A stretch of 64,000 bases of DNA from Nemertoderma westbladi (GCA_032718475.1 JAUCBJ010005374.1:34147-98146); one strand, 5' to 3'; shown: positions 1-13,321, counted from the stretch's first letter. Numbers and translations: made by a program. Notes: a model not told the origin generated them from the sequence alone.

Positions 1-3000
1 TGTCTCTATGGTCTCATTGCAAAGGTGGGTCAATAAATTGCAAGTGTCGGTGTCTGTATTTGTCGGTCCCTTTCGTTCCAATAGAGTTTTCCAAGGAAGG
101 GCCAGTACAGAACCATCCCACTCTTGTTGTGTCTGGGTCGTTTCTCCAGAATTTCTAAGGCCTCGGATACATTTTGGCCTATCAACATCTGTACGCCTGG
201 GTAATCTGGGGTGAAACAGGGAATATTATGATTATGTACAAGGGCGTCATCATCCCAGTCGTAGGCCTTGCCTGACTTTTGGCAAAATTCTGGATGACGA
301 CCATTTTGATGTTAGTAACCCTATCCCAGCCACTGGTATCTTGCGTGGTGAACAGGGATGCCTTATAGAACTTTGTCTCAATTGTGGATTGCCAACGTTT
401 CATTATCCCAGATAATGTTAATTTCATGTCATGGCCCTGTTCCCTGGCGAACAAGGATTCGGCAAACTCTGCGTCTATGAAGGTGCCCGTACTTCCTGTG
501 TCCATTAAAGCATTCACTACAACGCTAATACTTCCCACGTGGAGCTTGGAGCACCGGAAACTCTCTGACTCCGGCATCATGAAATGACCAAGTGCTGGGA
601 TTGTTCTCAATTTTGAAACAATCCTCTGATACGGGTTCCTCTTAGGTAAAGGTATCATACACCCTGACATGGTTGCAGCATTCATTGTCGTCTGTAAACT
701 CTCCAGGGTAGAATTCATCCGGTCCTTCATCGGATGAGTCTGTCTCACAATCAGTGGAGTGTACACATTGGTCCATTCCTCCCTTCGGACCCGGTCTAGG
801 TGTAGCAAGGGGTGATGGGAGCCCTGAAACACTGGACACGTTTTCGTGTTTATTAGTCTACACTTACGTCTCAAATGTTCTGGTCTAAGACACAAGAAGC
901 ATGCCAACAAGTCGCAAAGCTGTCTGTTGCCTCTCTTTTAACGTCTATTTTTAGGAAGGTGTCACATTTCACGACTGGATGTGTGTCTATTCTACAAAGA
1001 GGGCACTTGAGGTTGGTAGTGCCGGTGGTGATTGTATTCTAGGCTTTCGTGGTCGTTGTCTTATCAGTGGTCTTAGTGTCTGAAAGGGTGCTTCTTTCCC
1101 AGTTTACCGTAATAAGATATGTGGACGCTTCTGCTTTCAAGAAATCTCGAAACGAGTCCATATCGGGGAAGCATCCGCGTATAAGTTTGTAATTATAAGT
1201 TTATTGGTCCCATCTGGTTCCAATGGAGCCCTTTGGGAGTGCACTGGAAACAAATTGTTATATCTGAGCTGGTGTAAGGTATTCTCGGCATGAATACCAC
1301 TCACATCAGAGGCACGTTTTAAAATTTGTACACCCTGCACGCTGCTTGTGAGTCGACTTTCTTATTTGTTAGGGTGATATGATCTTGCATTAAGGCCACT
1401 TTTTGCTCTAAGTCATCATTTCTTTGTAATAGAGAATCATTTCTTTGTAATAGAGAATCATTTCTTTGTAATAGAGAATCATTTCTTTGTAATAAAGAAT
1501 CATTTCTTTGGAATCTATGATCTCTCGAGAGTCGTCTCTAACGGTGGTGCATAGGCCTCTGAAGGTGAAGGAGGGTAACCTTGGGGGAATGCTCCACCTG
1601 GGATGTCTGGCGCAAACCTGACTCCACTTCTGGGGTAGGCTTCCCTTTGGCCGTCAGAGGGGGCTGATATCCGTCCATCGGATGATAACGGCGCCGATGC
1701 CTTTGCGGCTAAGTGGGCCGATCTGGGCGCCAAGTGCCTATCATCCAATTGGTTTTGACGGATATAATATATCGTCGAGCGGGTATTTAGTTCATCCCTA
1801 GATTTCCAATTATTATTGTTTCCTCCTTCATTACCATGTGGTAACGCATGTGATACCTTCTCCCAAGCTGGTGATTGGGGATATTCCAGTGCCGAATGAC
1901 ATTCTATCGTGCTTTGTCCTGGCTAAGGTACTAGACAGGTAGTTAGGTCTGGGGCGTTCTAGACAAGCTGTATGAGAGATATTATGGGAGTTTGGGGCTT
2001 CATTGGGTATTTCTTTAGTTACAATTGGTGCCCCTACTGGTGGTACAACATCCCTATTGCGGTAGGGGGTTGCTGTCATGGTCAAGTGTGGAACTACTAC
2101 TGGATCGATTGGCTCGGCTGATGTACCGCACAATAGGACTGCAACCAACTGGGGAGGTTCCTGCTCCCGCGGATTGTTTGGCTCATCTTCCTCCTGTAAC
2201 CTACCCAGGGGGGGGGGGGGGGGGCACGAATCCAGCGGTCTCGGATGATCTAAATCCATCTGCTTTTGGGGTATCCTGTCCTTATTATATGGAGACAGGT
2301 CCGGCAGCGCCACTATCGGGCCTGTGTCTGCCACTTAAATAAACAGTTCAATGGCCTAAAGAAAGATGTAATAATTAATTATTTCTGTACATAGATAATA
2401 GAACGTACTTACGATATTTGGGGGTTGTAACACTATGTTACAAGTTTATAATAATAAACAATAATGTAAATGCAGGGCGTATGTACAGTAAAACAATAAA
2501 ATACTAGGTTACTTAGATTACTTAGTTACTTTAATAAAAACCGAAAGGGTAATACAATTTTGATAATAGTGTCTGTAACATACCATACAAACGCTGACTA
2601 AATTATTAAACTATGGTAATGAATGTAGTAATTTATCGGTAATTAGCCGTTTCACACGCAGTGATTGCCTATGCACTCCCTCAGGTGTGTCGTCCTTATT
2701 TTCAAACGTACGACAAATAATGTCAAATTAAACCACAGTCACATATACAAGTAAACTCTCTGACTTAATCAACAATTCGCACAGAAATGCACCTGCAATA
2801 GTTGCACTCGCACAATGCCGCACAACAGAATTCACAAATGTTATTAAAATACTATAACACATAGAAACCAAAGAATCAGTATCACACCAAATAAGACGCA
2901 GGATTGTCTATATTATCTTTTGTCAATAACGCTCTCCCTGTTTTGCAACTTTACGCTTCACGTGCCGCTAGCTTACGCATTGCACTCCCGCGGGTAACGT

Positions 3001-3163
3001 AACGTTTTTTACTTTACTTTTATCAAGCAAAATATAAACATGTGCAAATAACACAACACTAGTTCTACACGTAATTGAAGTAGTTTACTTCCACGGAAAC
3101 TGCCGAGCGAAGTAGGTATAATAAACTGCGCAGTTTTATTATAGCCCACTACCACAGCGCACA
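1..3163 (-). mobile_element. BEL/Pao LTR retrotransposon remnant (family D): degenerate gag-protease plus leader and probable 5' LTR; runs off the window start
   Basis: ORF 182-910 has BEL-type Cys/His knuckles (CFLCLRPEHLRRKC...CPVFQGSHHPLLH) followed by the aspartic protease motif VNALMDTGSTGTFID, which is similar to element A (VNALLDSGSTGTFID). Gag start region is near 2334 (GTG-ADT). The right boundary (…CAGCGCACA, about 3163) is a guess. Confidence 0.8.
1416..1510 (-). repeat. 21-bp tandem repeat (~4.5 copies) inside family D gag
   Basis: Unit TCATTTCTTTGTAATAGAGAA. On the minus strand it reads DSLLQRN, a heptad. Confidence 0.9.
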
Positions 3164-3389
3164 TTGGTGTTCAAGATGGTAATATAATTGCTTATACGGG
3201 GGGGGGGGGGGGGGACACTGTCTTGGGGGCAGTGTTGGAAGATGAAATTTCACTCTCACGGCTTTTGCGGGAGGCTAACCCCACATCCGCTGCAAATTTA
3301 TTTTTTACATGCAGGAAAAAACAAATATTCATAAAATTCCGACAGCAGTCAACCGCACCGCATGCACCTATCTGTATAATTAGATTTAC

Positions 3390-3575
3390 ATTTAAATATT
3401 CTAGAACTCTCCAGATGCAGGGGTGAGCTAAAACTACACTAGCTATGCAATAGCGGAAGCTCACACCAATCAACCCAGCAATCAATTTTGTAGGGTATTG
3501 TGCATTATTTTATTTTATATTTTAGTGGAAATAAATTAATAAATAATTAAATAAATAAATAAATAAATAAAAAAT
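3390..3575 (+). mobile_element. Probable 3' end of an L2/CR1-group LINE
   Basis: Stem-loop GTGAGCT...GCTAT-GCA-ATAGC...AGCTCAC followed by a (TAAA)n tail. No coding sequence is visible. Confidence 0.35.
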
Positions 3576-4327
3576 TAATAAAATCAATTACTGTAAGTAT
3601 ATAGCTTTGGCACTATAAACTGCTTCAAGGGAATAAAGTGACAGTTACGTGTAAACCGTTCCGTTATGTTATGTTGTCGGCGGGTAAATGTACGTGTGAC
3701 TTATTTATATTACAGGTAGGACACTATGTTGGACCTAGTGCGTGGTAAGCGCACAGTTCACTCGTACTGCACGCATCATAGTATTGATAGATTATAGTTA
3801 CGAGTTGGGGAATAATATTGCACTACTATGGATCCACACACTCCCACTAAATGAACCGAATCTATTACAGACAGGGCACAGTCAGCACTAACCGTGTGGA
3901 ACTCAAGTTGGTGTGATCTCTGGTCTTGTATATTCATCAACAAGGTAAAGCAATAATAATAACTATAACAATAAGATTTAATACGCACAGCAAGTTATTG
4001 ATGCAATGCAATAAAATAATGATGCAACACAGCAAGCTAGAATTCATGCAGCAAGGTGAAATTTCATAGGTCCTGCTAGTTAAATGACTCGTAACAGGCT
4101 TAAGATGTTATGAGGTTACGCCTAAAATAACAAGAGAAACATCGACTACTATAGCACTATAAGAATAGAAACATTTCACAATTTCGACATGCAGTTAGCG
4201 TGTGCAGCAAAATTTTTTATGTACTCCCTTTTATGTATGCAAATCGTAACAATTGGATTTATATAAAGAGCATTTTAATTTAACAGATCTTTTTATTTAA
4301 TGTACTCCATTTTAAATATGTACGTTG

Positions 4328-6290
4328 TACTACTACTACTAGGATCGGCATGCTGCATTGCAGCTGCATTTTTAAGAATGCTGTGCCGGCTTGTCGACAA
4401 AATTGCGCCGCCACAACTCCCTATCACCCATGACATTTACTAGATCATCCGCATCTTCAAGGCCAGTGTCCTTTAAGATGCGTCTCAAGAAAGTCATGGA
4501 CTGTCCACCATGCTTATTCACTCAATGAGGCTGCCATAGTACAAGATTATGCACTGGCTGGTCCTCACGGCGAAAGCAATGTCCTGCAAAGCGGAGGCGA
4601 TTTTGTTCTAGTGTCAAGCATGGGGGAACCAATGAGAAACCTCCAATGTTATATAGTGTCTGGTTGGAGATGTGTGCATTGTACTTGACACAATGAACCC
4701 GGCCTAGCATTCTTGTGAATGTGCCATCCAGAGAATTGGTGTCCTCGGCAGTTAGAGCCCAGCATGGACTCCCATAGAGGAGTACTGAAACTACTGCTGC
4801 TCTAAATAATCGGACCTTAAGTTTCCGATTAATTCTCGGTGACTTCCAAATCCTGGAAGCCTATTCAAGGCTGCCCATGCCTTTCCCTTACGTATTCAAA
4901 GGTCCTCACCTGACTTCCGGATCCATGATCCCAGGTAACAGAAGTCGTCCACATGCTCAAGCATACCATCCTTTGAGCTTATGCTCATCCGATCAGAGAC
5001 TTGCTGAGGACTTTCAAAGTTAACTGTCAAAATTTTGGACTTGCTGGAGTTAATAAAAAGACCAACACTAGAAGCAGCATGTTCTAATGAGCTGAGGAGC
5101 CGTTGGGCTCCCTCTAGTGATTCTGAGAGTACTCCTAAGTCATCAGCAAAGTCTAGATCAGTTAGGTACTTGGCTGGATTTCCTCGACTTCTGGAGCCAG
5201 TAGGTGGAGTTATCATCACCCCATCATCATTATGATGATCTAAGGACATGCGTAGAACATAGTCAACCACAATTATGAACAAGAATGGTGCAAGTGTGTC
5301 TCCCTGGAGGACGCCCCATAACACTTCAAATGGTTCTGTGTCACGTATCCATCGTATACTGATCAGATTGCTGCAATAATTTCATCAGGAATCCCATATA
5401 ATGAAAGTATGCTGAACATGCGTGAGCGAGAGACTGAATCAAAGGCCTTGAAGAAGTCAACAAAGATAACAGCCAGATGCCTGTCTTTCTTTTTTGATAA
5501 CTCTTCAACTTGCCTCAGATTCACCAATGGCTTTGTTGGTCGGGGTGGAACATGAGAGTAGCCTCCAACTCCAGAATCCCTCTCCCCCTCACAATCTGGC
5601 CTCCCTGGTGACCCAGGGTTTGGGCCAGAAAGGTCATCAGGAAAGGGACTTAAAGAATTGTTGGCTGCTCTCTCTCCAGTAGGGGGTAAGACAGGCAGCC
5701 GGTCAGGAGTTAACTGACGCCTGTGAGGCCGATTGTGTCCGGTAATTCCACTGGCCTCTAGTGGCCGGACCTCCGCATTTCTAATGTAATCCATAGTGGG
5801 GGTTGGGGGGTGCTTTTTTGCCGAGTCAGCTCTCGGGGCAAATACCACACCCTTGTTTGCAATTCCACAGGGTGGGTGTCGCAGTGGAGTCAGATATGGG
5901 GCCCATCACCCATACCTACTCTGACGCACATGACCCACCATTGGCTGTGTAGCTCATCTGCTGGGCCATGCCCTGTACCCCTGCTGCCAGGTGCAGGTCG
6001 CAGTGAAATGCTCTCAGAGTTGACATGAAAACACTCTACTCCTGACCAGCCATTGGTAGATTACCATCTGCCTGGCCAGGCCATATACCCCTGCAGCCAA
6101 GTATATGGGTCCTTAATCCAGGACCAAGGGTGTCTTCCTCCCCCAGAACGAAGGGGCTCTTATTTACAGGACCATATTTGCCCTAGTAACAGGGTCGATC
6201 TATGCAGCCACAGGTGGTACCTCCTTTATGCTGCATGGAGGTGGCAAGTTTTCTTGATCAATGACCTAGATTACCTGACCTGACCATATC
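4328..6290 (-). mobile_element. RTE-clade LINE (family R1), internally deleted: 5' UTR and ORF start joined to the RT and 3' end
   Basis: (TAG)n tail at 4328-4342. RT motifs FVDFFKAFDSV, GVLQGDTLAPFLF, DLDFADD, FCYLGS. A GC-rich 5' segment (5510-6290) is fused in frame to the RT (ORF 5363-5848); no endonuclease is present. Confidence 0.9.
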
Positions 6291-6295
6291 TTATG

Positions 6296-6433
6296 ACCTA
6301 AGAGTACTCTCAGAATCACTAGAGGTAGCCCAACGGCTACTCAGCTCATTAGAACAGGCTGCGCTTCTAGTGATGGTCTTTTTGTTAAGTCCAAAAAGAC
6401 AAAATTTTGAAAGTTAACTTCGACAGTCCTCAG
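6296..6433 (+). mobile_element. Short RTE R1 RT fragment, inverted relative to 4328-6290
   Basis: GAGTACTCTCAGAATCACTAGAGG...AAAATTTTGAAAGTTAACTT matches the reverse complement of about 5005-5145. Confidence 0.8.
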
Positions 6434-6997
6434 GAGATATTCACTCTCTGTGATAATGAAATGGTTCATAATAATAATATTACTTGCGTTTTTCCGGCTA
6501 ATATTTTGAATAAAGTATATTTTCTAATTTTACCTCTTTACAAATTAATTTTTTTACCTCTTATCCCATTAAATATTGTTTAAAAATTTATCAGGAGTGG
6601 ACTGGACGTGGACACCCATAGGTGAAAATGAGTGGGGGGGGGGTGTCTGATGAGCAGCAGAAATATATTATAAACCATTATTCATAAACCGGGATGAAAT
6701 ATAGCTATGCGATGCGAATGACGCAATATCATTTGAATTCTCTTTTTTCAACCGTTTGTAGCAATAAATTGAGAGTAAAGGCAAAACTTCTTCCTCACTC
6801 GTACGTAAATAGGTGTTTGTAAAATCAAAGCCATGAATGATTTTTACAGAGTTAAATAACTATAACTATAATATAATAACTATAAATAGAAAAATTATAG
6901 GTTAGAAAATACTTCGAGAGTAAAAATAACGAGTGTTGAAAAATATCGATAAAATTATCGCAAGGTTGTTATAAATGCATTTGACTCTTGGACAATA

Positions 6998-8239
6998 ATG
7001 GTTGAAATCATGGATAACTGTACGGTTCATCGTATTTATAGAATAATATATATATCTTTCGCAATTACAGTGCTTGTGTATGCAGCTCAAGTGGTTAACT
7101 TTGCAGTTCGAGGTGGGCAATTGGATATTTATCAACAAGACGGATTGAGAATCAACTCACAGAGATTGGGGAAAGTGTGGGAAACAAATACACAGCAAAT
7201 ATTGTGGCAAGTAAAAGGAAAAAACACGTCAATTTTTCATGGGGAATGCCAGAAGAAATTGAATGTTTTTTACCTTGCCACACATAAAACTGGTTCACGT
7301 ACGACTGTTTCCGTAATAATTGATCATGCTATCGCTCACAATCTCACTCCCGCGTTGTCTGACGAAGAAACATTTGCGAATAGGGAAGATCGACAATGGA
7401 GTTATTGGTGGGGCGAACATTTAAACCCGTTTACACAAAATCCTAATGTTTCCTTTGTCCACGGACGATTCAACATTGATGTTAAAAAGCTGATGCCACC
7501 AGATACGATGTACATAGTTGGTATCAGAGAGCCTTCAAGCCTCGTCAAATCCTACATAACCTATTATGGTCCTTACTCATTCTTTCGAGATGAAGATAAG
7601 TTAGTACTCAAAACCACGAAAGATATTTATAAATCCTTCATTAGAGATCCATGTGGTACTACAATGAATAGGAGATCTTTTGTGAATCCTATGCTATTCG
7701 AGTTTGGATATGATGTAAATTCTACCAATGAGAGTGATTACAACACTATTATGAAAGAAATTGATAAAGAATTTGACTTGGTAATATTGTTGGAATATTT
7801 TGACGAATCCATGATCTTGTTGAAAGATTTAATGTGTTGGCAATTCGAAGACGTTGTTTACAGGAGTAAAGGCGCACTTAACCTGAAAGTAGATAATCTT
7901 GACACGAATGAACTCAGGGATATTAATGTTGGAGATTGGAAACTATATAATTATTTCAATAAAACTCTTTGGGATAAAATCGAAATATATGGGTCCAAGA
8001 GAATGGAAACAGATTTGAAAATATTTCGAGAAACAAGAGAACGGATAAATATATATTGTAAAGATAAAACCTCCAATAAAACGATTGAGATGAAAGTAAA
8101 ATGTTTTATCCTTTTGGAGGATAATAGTAATAGAAGCGACCAGATGTTGATGAGTCTCACTATAGAACACAGAGACTCCGCCAAAGCTGTAGCTTTTTAC
8201 CACGAGAAAGCTGCAATTATGTACGAACATGGTGGGTGA
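6998..8239 (+). CDS. Galactose-3-O-sulfotransferase (GAL3ST/cerebroside sulfotransferase) family protein, type II Golgi membrane, single exon
   Basis: Open 413-aa ORF with an N-terminal TM segment (IIYISFAITVLVYAAQVV). Family motifs: 5'-PSB loop FYLATHKTGSRT, HGRFN, MPPDT-YIVGIREP, NPMLFEFG, FDLVILLEYFDESMILLKDLMCW, DWKLYNYFNKTLW. The start may be the ATG at 6998 or 7010. Confidence 0.9.
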   Translation: MVEIMDNCTVHRIYRIIYISFAITVLVYAAQVVNFAVRGGQLDIYQQDGLRINSQRLGKVWETNTQQILWQVKGKNTSIFHGECQKKLNVFYLATHKTGSRTTVSVIIDHAIAHNLTPALSDEETFANREDRQWSYWWGEHLNPFTQNPNVSFVHGRFNIDVKKLMPPDTMYIVGIREPSSLVKSYITYYGPYSFFRDEDKLVLKTTKDIYKSFIRDPCGTTMNRRSFVNPMLFEFGYDVNSTNESDYNTIMKEIDKEFDLVILLEYFDESMILLKDLMCWQFEDVVYRSKGALNLKVDNLDTNELRDINVGDWKLYNYFNKTLWDKIEIYGSKRMETDLKIFRETRERINIYCKDKTSNKTIEMKVKCFILLEDNSNRSDQMLMSLTIEHRDSAKAVAFYHEKAAIMYEHGG

Positions 8240-9184
8240 TGGCAATATATACAATAATAACAATATATAAACAGATAATTTTACAGACTTATTAGATAAT
8301 AAGGTCCAAATGGCTACGGATTTGGTTGAATGTATTATTTACTTTAATATTTATATATTAGCACTATATATATATAAGGTTACAATTGGAGAGGTGAGGA
8401 GTTTTAAAATTAATTAATTAAATTATTAACTAATTATTGATTAAGATTGATATATTTAATTATAGAATCATATTTATTGTTATAAACTAAATATTTAACA
8501 TTGAATATTACCTTTGATTGTTATTAAATCTTAATTCCATCGTGAAATTAAAGTAATTCATTGTTGTACCTGTTTGCAATTTTGGGAGAGCTGAGAGAAT
8601 TATTAATGATAGCGAGAGCAGGGCCAACGTAATACTACCGTTGGTGAGAACAGTAGACCCTAATACTACTGATAGGAAACAAATCCAATCAAAACGTAAC
8701 AAATACAAGGTCTACCGGCTCTCTGACCGGTGAGGCAGAAAAAACAGCCTATGAGCGGACAAAACGAACCCCGCGCAGCGAATCCTGACTAATGATGCTA
8801 ACGGACTATATGTGCTCATATGGGGTGGGGTTGCTAGCTAAATACTAACGTACAAACTCAGTTTCATATAATAAATAATGTGTTTTGCGAGGTACAAAAT
8901 AATTTATAGGAACTTGTGCGTCTGTGATGAAATATACGGTAGAACAAATACTGAACCTAAATTTATACTATTTTACTAGGAATGGTGTACATTTTGACAA
9001 ACCATAAATGTGCTGAATTACTAAATGAATTCAGTCAACGTCTGTAGGTAGGTCTAATACTTACAGGAAATAGTAGGGCTTCCTTTCCTTCATATTCGGG
9101 ACTCAATCGGGCATGCAAAATGTTAATACTACGTCCGAATTCGGCACCGATATACCAGGCCCTAATACTAAAAGAAGAGTGTTG

Positions 9185-11460
9185 TTACGTGGGAGACTTT
9201 AATGCAAGTCTGCATCCATCACCTACATCGCCCTGGGTCTATAGCAAAAATGTTAACCGGAATTCCTTATATCTTCAAGATTTTATCTCTGGAAATGGAT
9301 TGTTTTCGGCTGGAACCCAGTTCAAGAAGCGAACTGGAAAGCTATGGACTCATAGTGGACCCAGTGGTCACAAGTACCAGATAGACCATAAATTCTGTTT
9401 CGTAGGAAATACAGGAGCTCTATACAAGACTGTAATCCATTTACACTTCGACCCTTCTCCAGTGATCACCGCCTTATTGTGGCCAAGGTAAGACTTAGTT
9501 TGCGTGCTAGCAGAACAACAAATCTGACTTGCCGCGGCATGACAGGTCCTCTCTGTTGCAACAGCCAAGTGTGAGATCACAGCTTCACACGACAGCTGAA
9601 AAACAGTTTATGAGGTTCATGCCTCTGAGGCGGCAGATCACTGTGTTCGCGCTTTTAGACCTTTAGCAGTTTAACCCGCCAATTTTAGGTGTCTTCTAGT
9701 TTATAAATCGACTTTAGCCTATAACAAGTATTTGATACACATAAAGTTACATTAGCCGAAGCCAGCCTATGCGCGACCATTCACCTACGGTTAAGGGAGA
9801 CTGGATTCGTATGCTCTGACATTATTGCGGTGTAGACCTACTGTATTATTCGATTGCTCGTTACTATAATATCTCTGACAAATATTATTTACTTTCGGGA
9901 AATATTAACAGTTCCTTTAGGACGTGGCGCTCTAAGTATGTAAACAGAGTTATGACTTACACTAAACACAACGGGATGGCTAATGATTTTCGTATAAAAC
10001 GCATTCTTTAGGAAATGCTTTGTTATCTGTCACAATCATGCACACTACCGCACAATGCTGCACACTGATCTGCCGACCTTCACTAATTTTAATCATATAT
10101 AAGGAGAACAGCAACTGACACATGTAGGGTCTATGAAATAGCATTCAATTCACTCCAAAACCACTATAATGTAAGTCGCAATTGCTTTATGTAACGGGTC
10201 CCTCTTACCTTCAGTATATCAATAAGATTGGGGTTTTATGATTATTTATCGATATTCTCCAAATATAACAACAGATTCATCAACTGATAACAATTAATAA
10301 CCGACAGTAAATAGCAGTAAAATAATGCGGTGAAAGGCATGTATGGTATGAACCGTGTGATTTGGTTTGGTTTGATTTGGTTTGGTATGATAACAGTTAT
10401 GCGTTTCTATAATCAAAGCCTACTAATGTTTGGCTAAAGTCTGAAACACAGAATAATTCCAAAGCCGATGTTCTGGGCTCAGGAAAAAGGTAAACAAAGA
10501 CAGTAATGCATTGCGCGATCTTCCGTAGGCTTCTGTACAAGATAAAATGAAAATCGCTCTGATTGGAAGAAACAAAGAAAGCCAAAAGCTCCACGCTGGC
10601 ATTAAATCAGCTGATAGATGTCGTCATCTGAACTACACTGTATTAGGAGTATTTTGACGCATTGCGGCATAAAATAGCTTGTTATGTCCGCTAAAGTACA
10701 CATACAGAATAATGGCTTTTTATGTCCGCTAAAACGCCTACACAGTAAGAAAAATGGCTTTTTATGTCCACTAAAATACCTACACAGTACTTTGCGGGGA
10801 AAATGACTAGCTATATCCGCAAAAGCTTTTACACACTGCGAGGGCTATACTGCCTTCACAGAAGCAGTTAAGTTAGCAGCTACAGAATCAGTTCCTGTAT
10901 ACCCTCGAATCAGGAAAAGGGCCCCCTGGACTGACAATACAATTCAGAAGTGACGAAATGACCTCTATAAGGCGCAGAAAGAGTCCCGACTCAAACAGAC
11001 TACAGCGGACAAGAATGCAGTTAAGGCTGCATCTAGGTTCCTGAACAGGCAGTACTCTGTTAATCTACAGGAGCTAATAAACCAACAGATTGATGCCATC
11101 AATGATGCTGTTGACAGCAGGCAATCATCCCAGGCATGGAAATCCATCAACTTGCTTACTGGGCGGAAAAGCCAACCAACAACCAAGGTTAAGGCTGAAT
11201 CACCAGCCATTCGCCTCAATGGTTGGAAGGCCCACTTTGAAAAGCTCCTCAATAATGACAGGGTATTGCCTGATAACTTTATAGAAGTAAAAGTGTCTGA
11301 GTCTGTACTCCCAGATATTCCCAGTGGTGATATCTCCTTTGCAGAAGTGAAGGCTGCTGCAAAGAGCATTAAGACCAATCGTGCTAGTGGAGTAGATGGT
11401 GTTCCCCCTGAGGTCTTTAAAATACCTGAGTGCTTAAAGCTCATCTATCCCATCATAGTA
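9185..11460 (+). mobile_element. Degenerate RTE LINE (second family, R2): APE endonuclease to the start of the RT, split by a solo LTR
   Basis: GDFNA, NRN, TQFKKRTGKLWTH..QIDH (APE), then APW, WKAHFEKLLN, RASGVDGVPPE. The reading EAADH|CEGYTAF is restored when the LTR and one TSD copy are removed. Confidence 0.85.
9644..10833 (-). mobile_element. Solo LTR of a family-A-related BEL element
   Basis: Ends TGTTCGCG...AAAAGCTTTTACA, homologous to the LTRs at 24441 and 39244. Perfect 5-bp TSD CACTG (9639-9643, 10834-10838). Confidence 0.95.
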
Positions 11461-12339
11461 GATGTTTTGTGTTGTGCAATCCCATATGTGCGCACACACT
11501 ACCGCATTTGCGGGTCTATTCTTTCAATAGCAACCCTCCAGTTGCCTTTAGTTTGTGTTTGGTCCCAAATAATACTAACTGTAGCTAAGCAAGTCAGGGA
11601 TTGAAAGAAATATCTCATCTAAAATGTTTACGAATTTATTTTACCTGCTAATCCTGTTTTTTATCTTCTATTTGGCTAGGCCTATCTCTCTTTATTTTAT
11701 ACTCGCTCGAAACAAACTGACTTTCAATACTAGCCTGCTGCCAGTCGTCCAAAATGCTAAATTAAAATTCGCTACAAAAAATTTTAAAATTCGAATTCTC
11801 TAGTGGCACTTAGGTGCCACTTTTTAGCATGTGGCACATGTGTTTAGCATGGCACAAAATATCAAAATCTCCAAAGCTTCATAGAAATGTGCTATTTTCG
11901 TTATTTATAGGTTTTCAAAGCTGTTATTATTTGTTATTGTTATTATTATTATTTGTTTTTATATATTATTTATTTATAATTATTATTAATTTTGAGATGT
12001 TCCATAAGTGGCACAATTTCCTGCAACCTTAGTAAACTAAAGTAAATGTTCAGTATTAAGCTCTGCCACGACGTCAACGTGTTGCAGGGAAACAGAGTTT
12101 TACTTTTTGATTGACCTAATGCTGGAAGCGAAAAACCAGAATGTCGGAGTCTTATTGGATCCCAAGCCAAGTGGCATACTATATGTGCCACTGGCTTTTT
12201 GTTTGACCTAATGCTGGAAGTGATCATGGTCAATAAAGTATTCGGAGTAGTGATAGAAATTCGATGTGTTATTGCATTAATAAGACTAAATGTATGCTGC
12301 AATAATAATAGAAAAATGTTGAAAACTGGAATTTTTGAA

Positions 12340-12843
12340 TTGCTCCTTATGCGAAGGGGTGCAAGTAGGAGCAAATTTTTTTTCATATTTATGATGTACG
12401 AAGGTTGTATTTGAATGTCTGATAATGTTTTTCAGTGCGGTCGGATTAGTTCGAAAAGTCTGGCTTCCCTAATTACGAAAAATGAAATATTTTTGGGAAA
12501 AAAATGTTTAAATGAAACTTGGAGCATGAAGACAACGCTGGGGACCTCTAAAAACCACATATTTGGAATCAGCTCGCCATGGAGAACATTAAAAAAAAAT
12601 TTCCAATGTAGTCCAATTTTTAAAAAATTACGTTTTTTTGGAAATTTTTCCTAAAAACTGAAATTTTGAGTGAAAAATAGAAAATTTTTAATTTTTCACC
12701 TCAGAAAAAAATATTGGCAAATATTTTCGGAAAAAAAATATTTTTTCTTAGGTTTCGAAATATGGGCTACAAGATAGGATATGTTTCAAACCACTAAAAC
12801 TAACTTCATTGTAGGGTATTTTGGCCACCCCTGGCCCACTGTA
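12340..12843. mobile_element. Probable DNA-transposon end fragment
   Basis: Ends ...TTTTGGCCACCCCTGGCCCACTGTA, resembling a CAGTGG-type terminal inverted repeat, with AT-rich subterminal sequence. The partner end was not found. Confidence 0.3.
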
Positions 12844-13321
12844 CCCCACTAAATAATAATAATTGTCGTCATGATTACTTCCCTTGCGGTTGTTGTTCCC
12901 GGGCTCCACGTCAGTTGCCCCCCTGGCTGATAGTCTCTACTCAGGCATCTTGCGGGAATGTCAGAATACAGAAATGAAATATAATTACCTAATTCTGAAG
13001 TTTATTTAGTTTTTATGTGTATTGCCTAGTATGATTACTGCAGAATATGAAAACTACTAATAATAATATGGTAATTCCAAAGACTGAAACTGGAAACTAT
13101 GAAAATCTACTACACGACATTAATAATGTGGGCTTATATAGTAATCGAATAATGTCGTCATTGCCGGAAGTGACACATCAAATTTTCCTAGCAACAACAT
13201 ATAAACTATTGGTCCAGCAAATATATTGTATAGCAGCGGTAAATTTAAATTTCAGTAAATGTGTTCAATATAATAAATGCAAATGGATTAATTTACGTTT
13301 AGGGTAAATATAAAATTGTTA

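Noticed and set aside
2426-2442. Hairpin TGTAACA-CTA-TGTTACA as the U5 end of element D, which would give a third self-priming case
   Set aside because: No second LTR or TSD fixes the boundary, and only a 7-nt internal match (CCAAATA) was found.
6646-6665. CTGATGAGCAGCAGAAA resembles a hammerhead core
   Set aside because: No stem II closing pair before GAAA and no convincing stems I or III.
8709-8840. GC-rich patch upstream of RTE R2 as a possible HDV-like ribozyme
   Set aside because: I could not build the nested double pseudoknot by eye.
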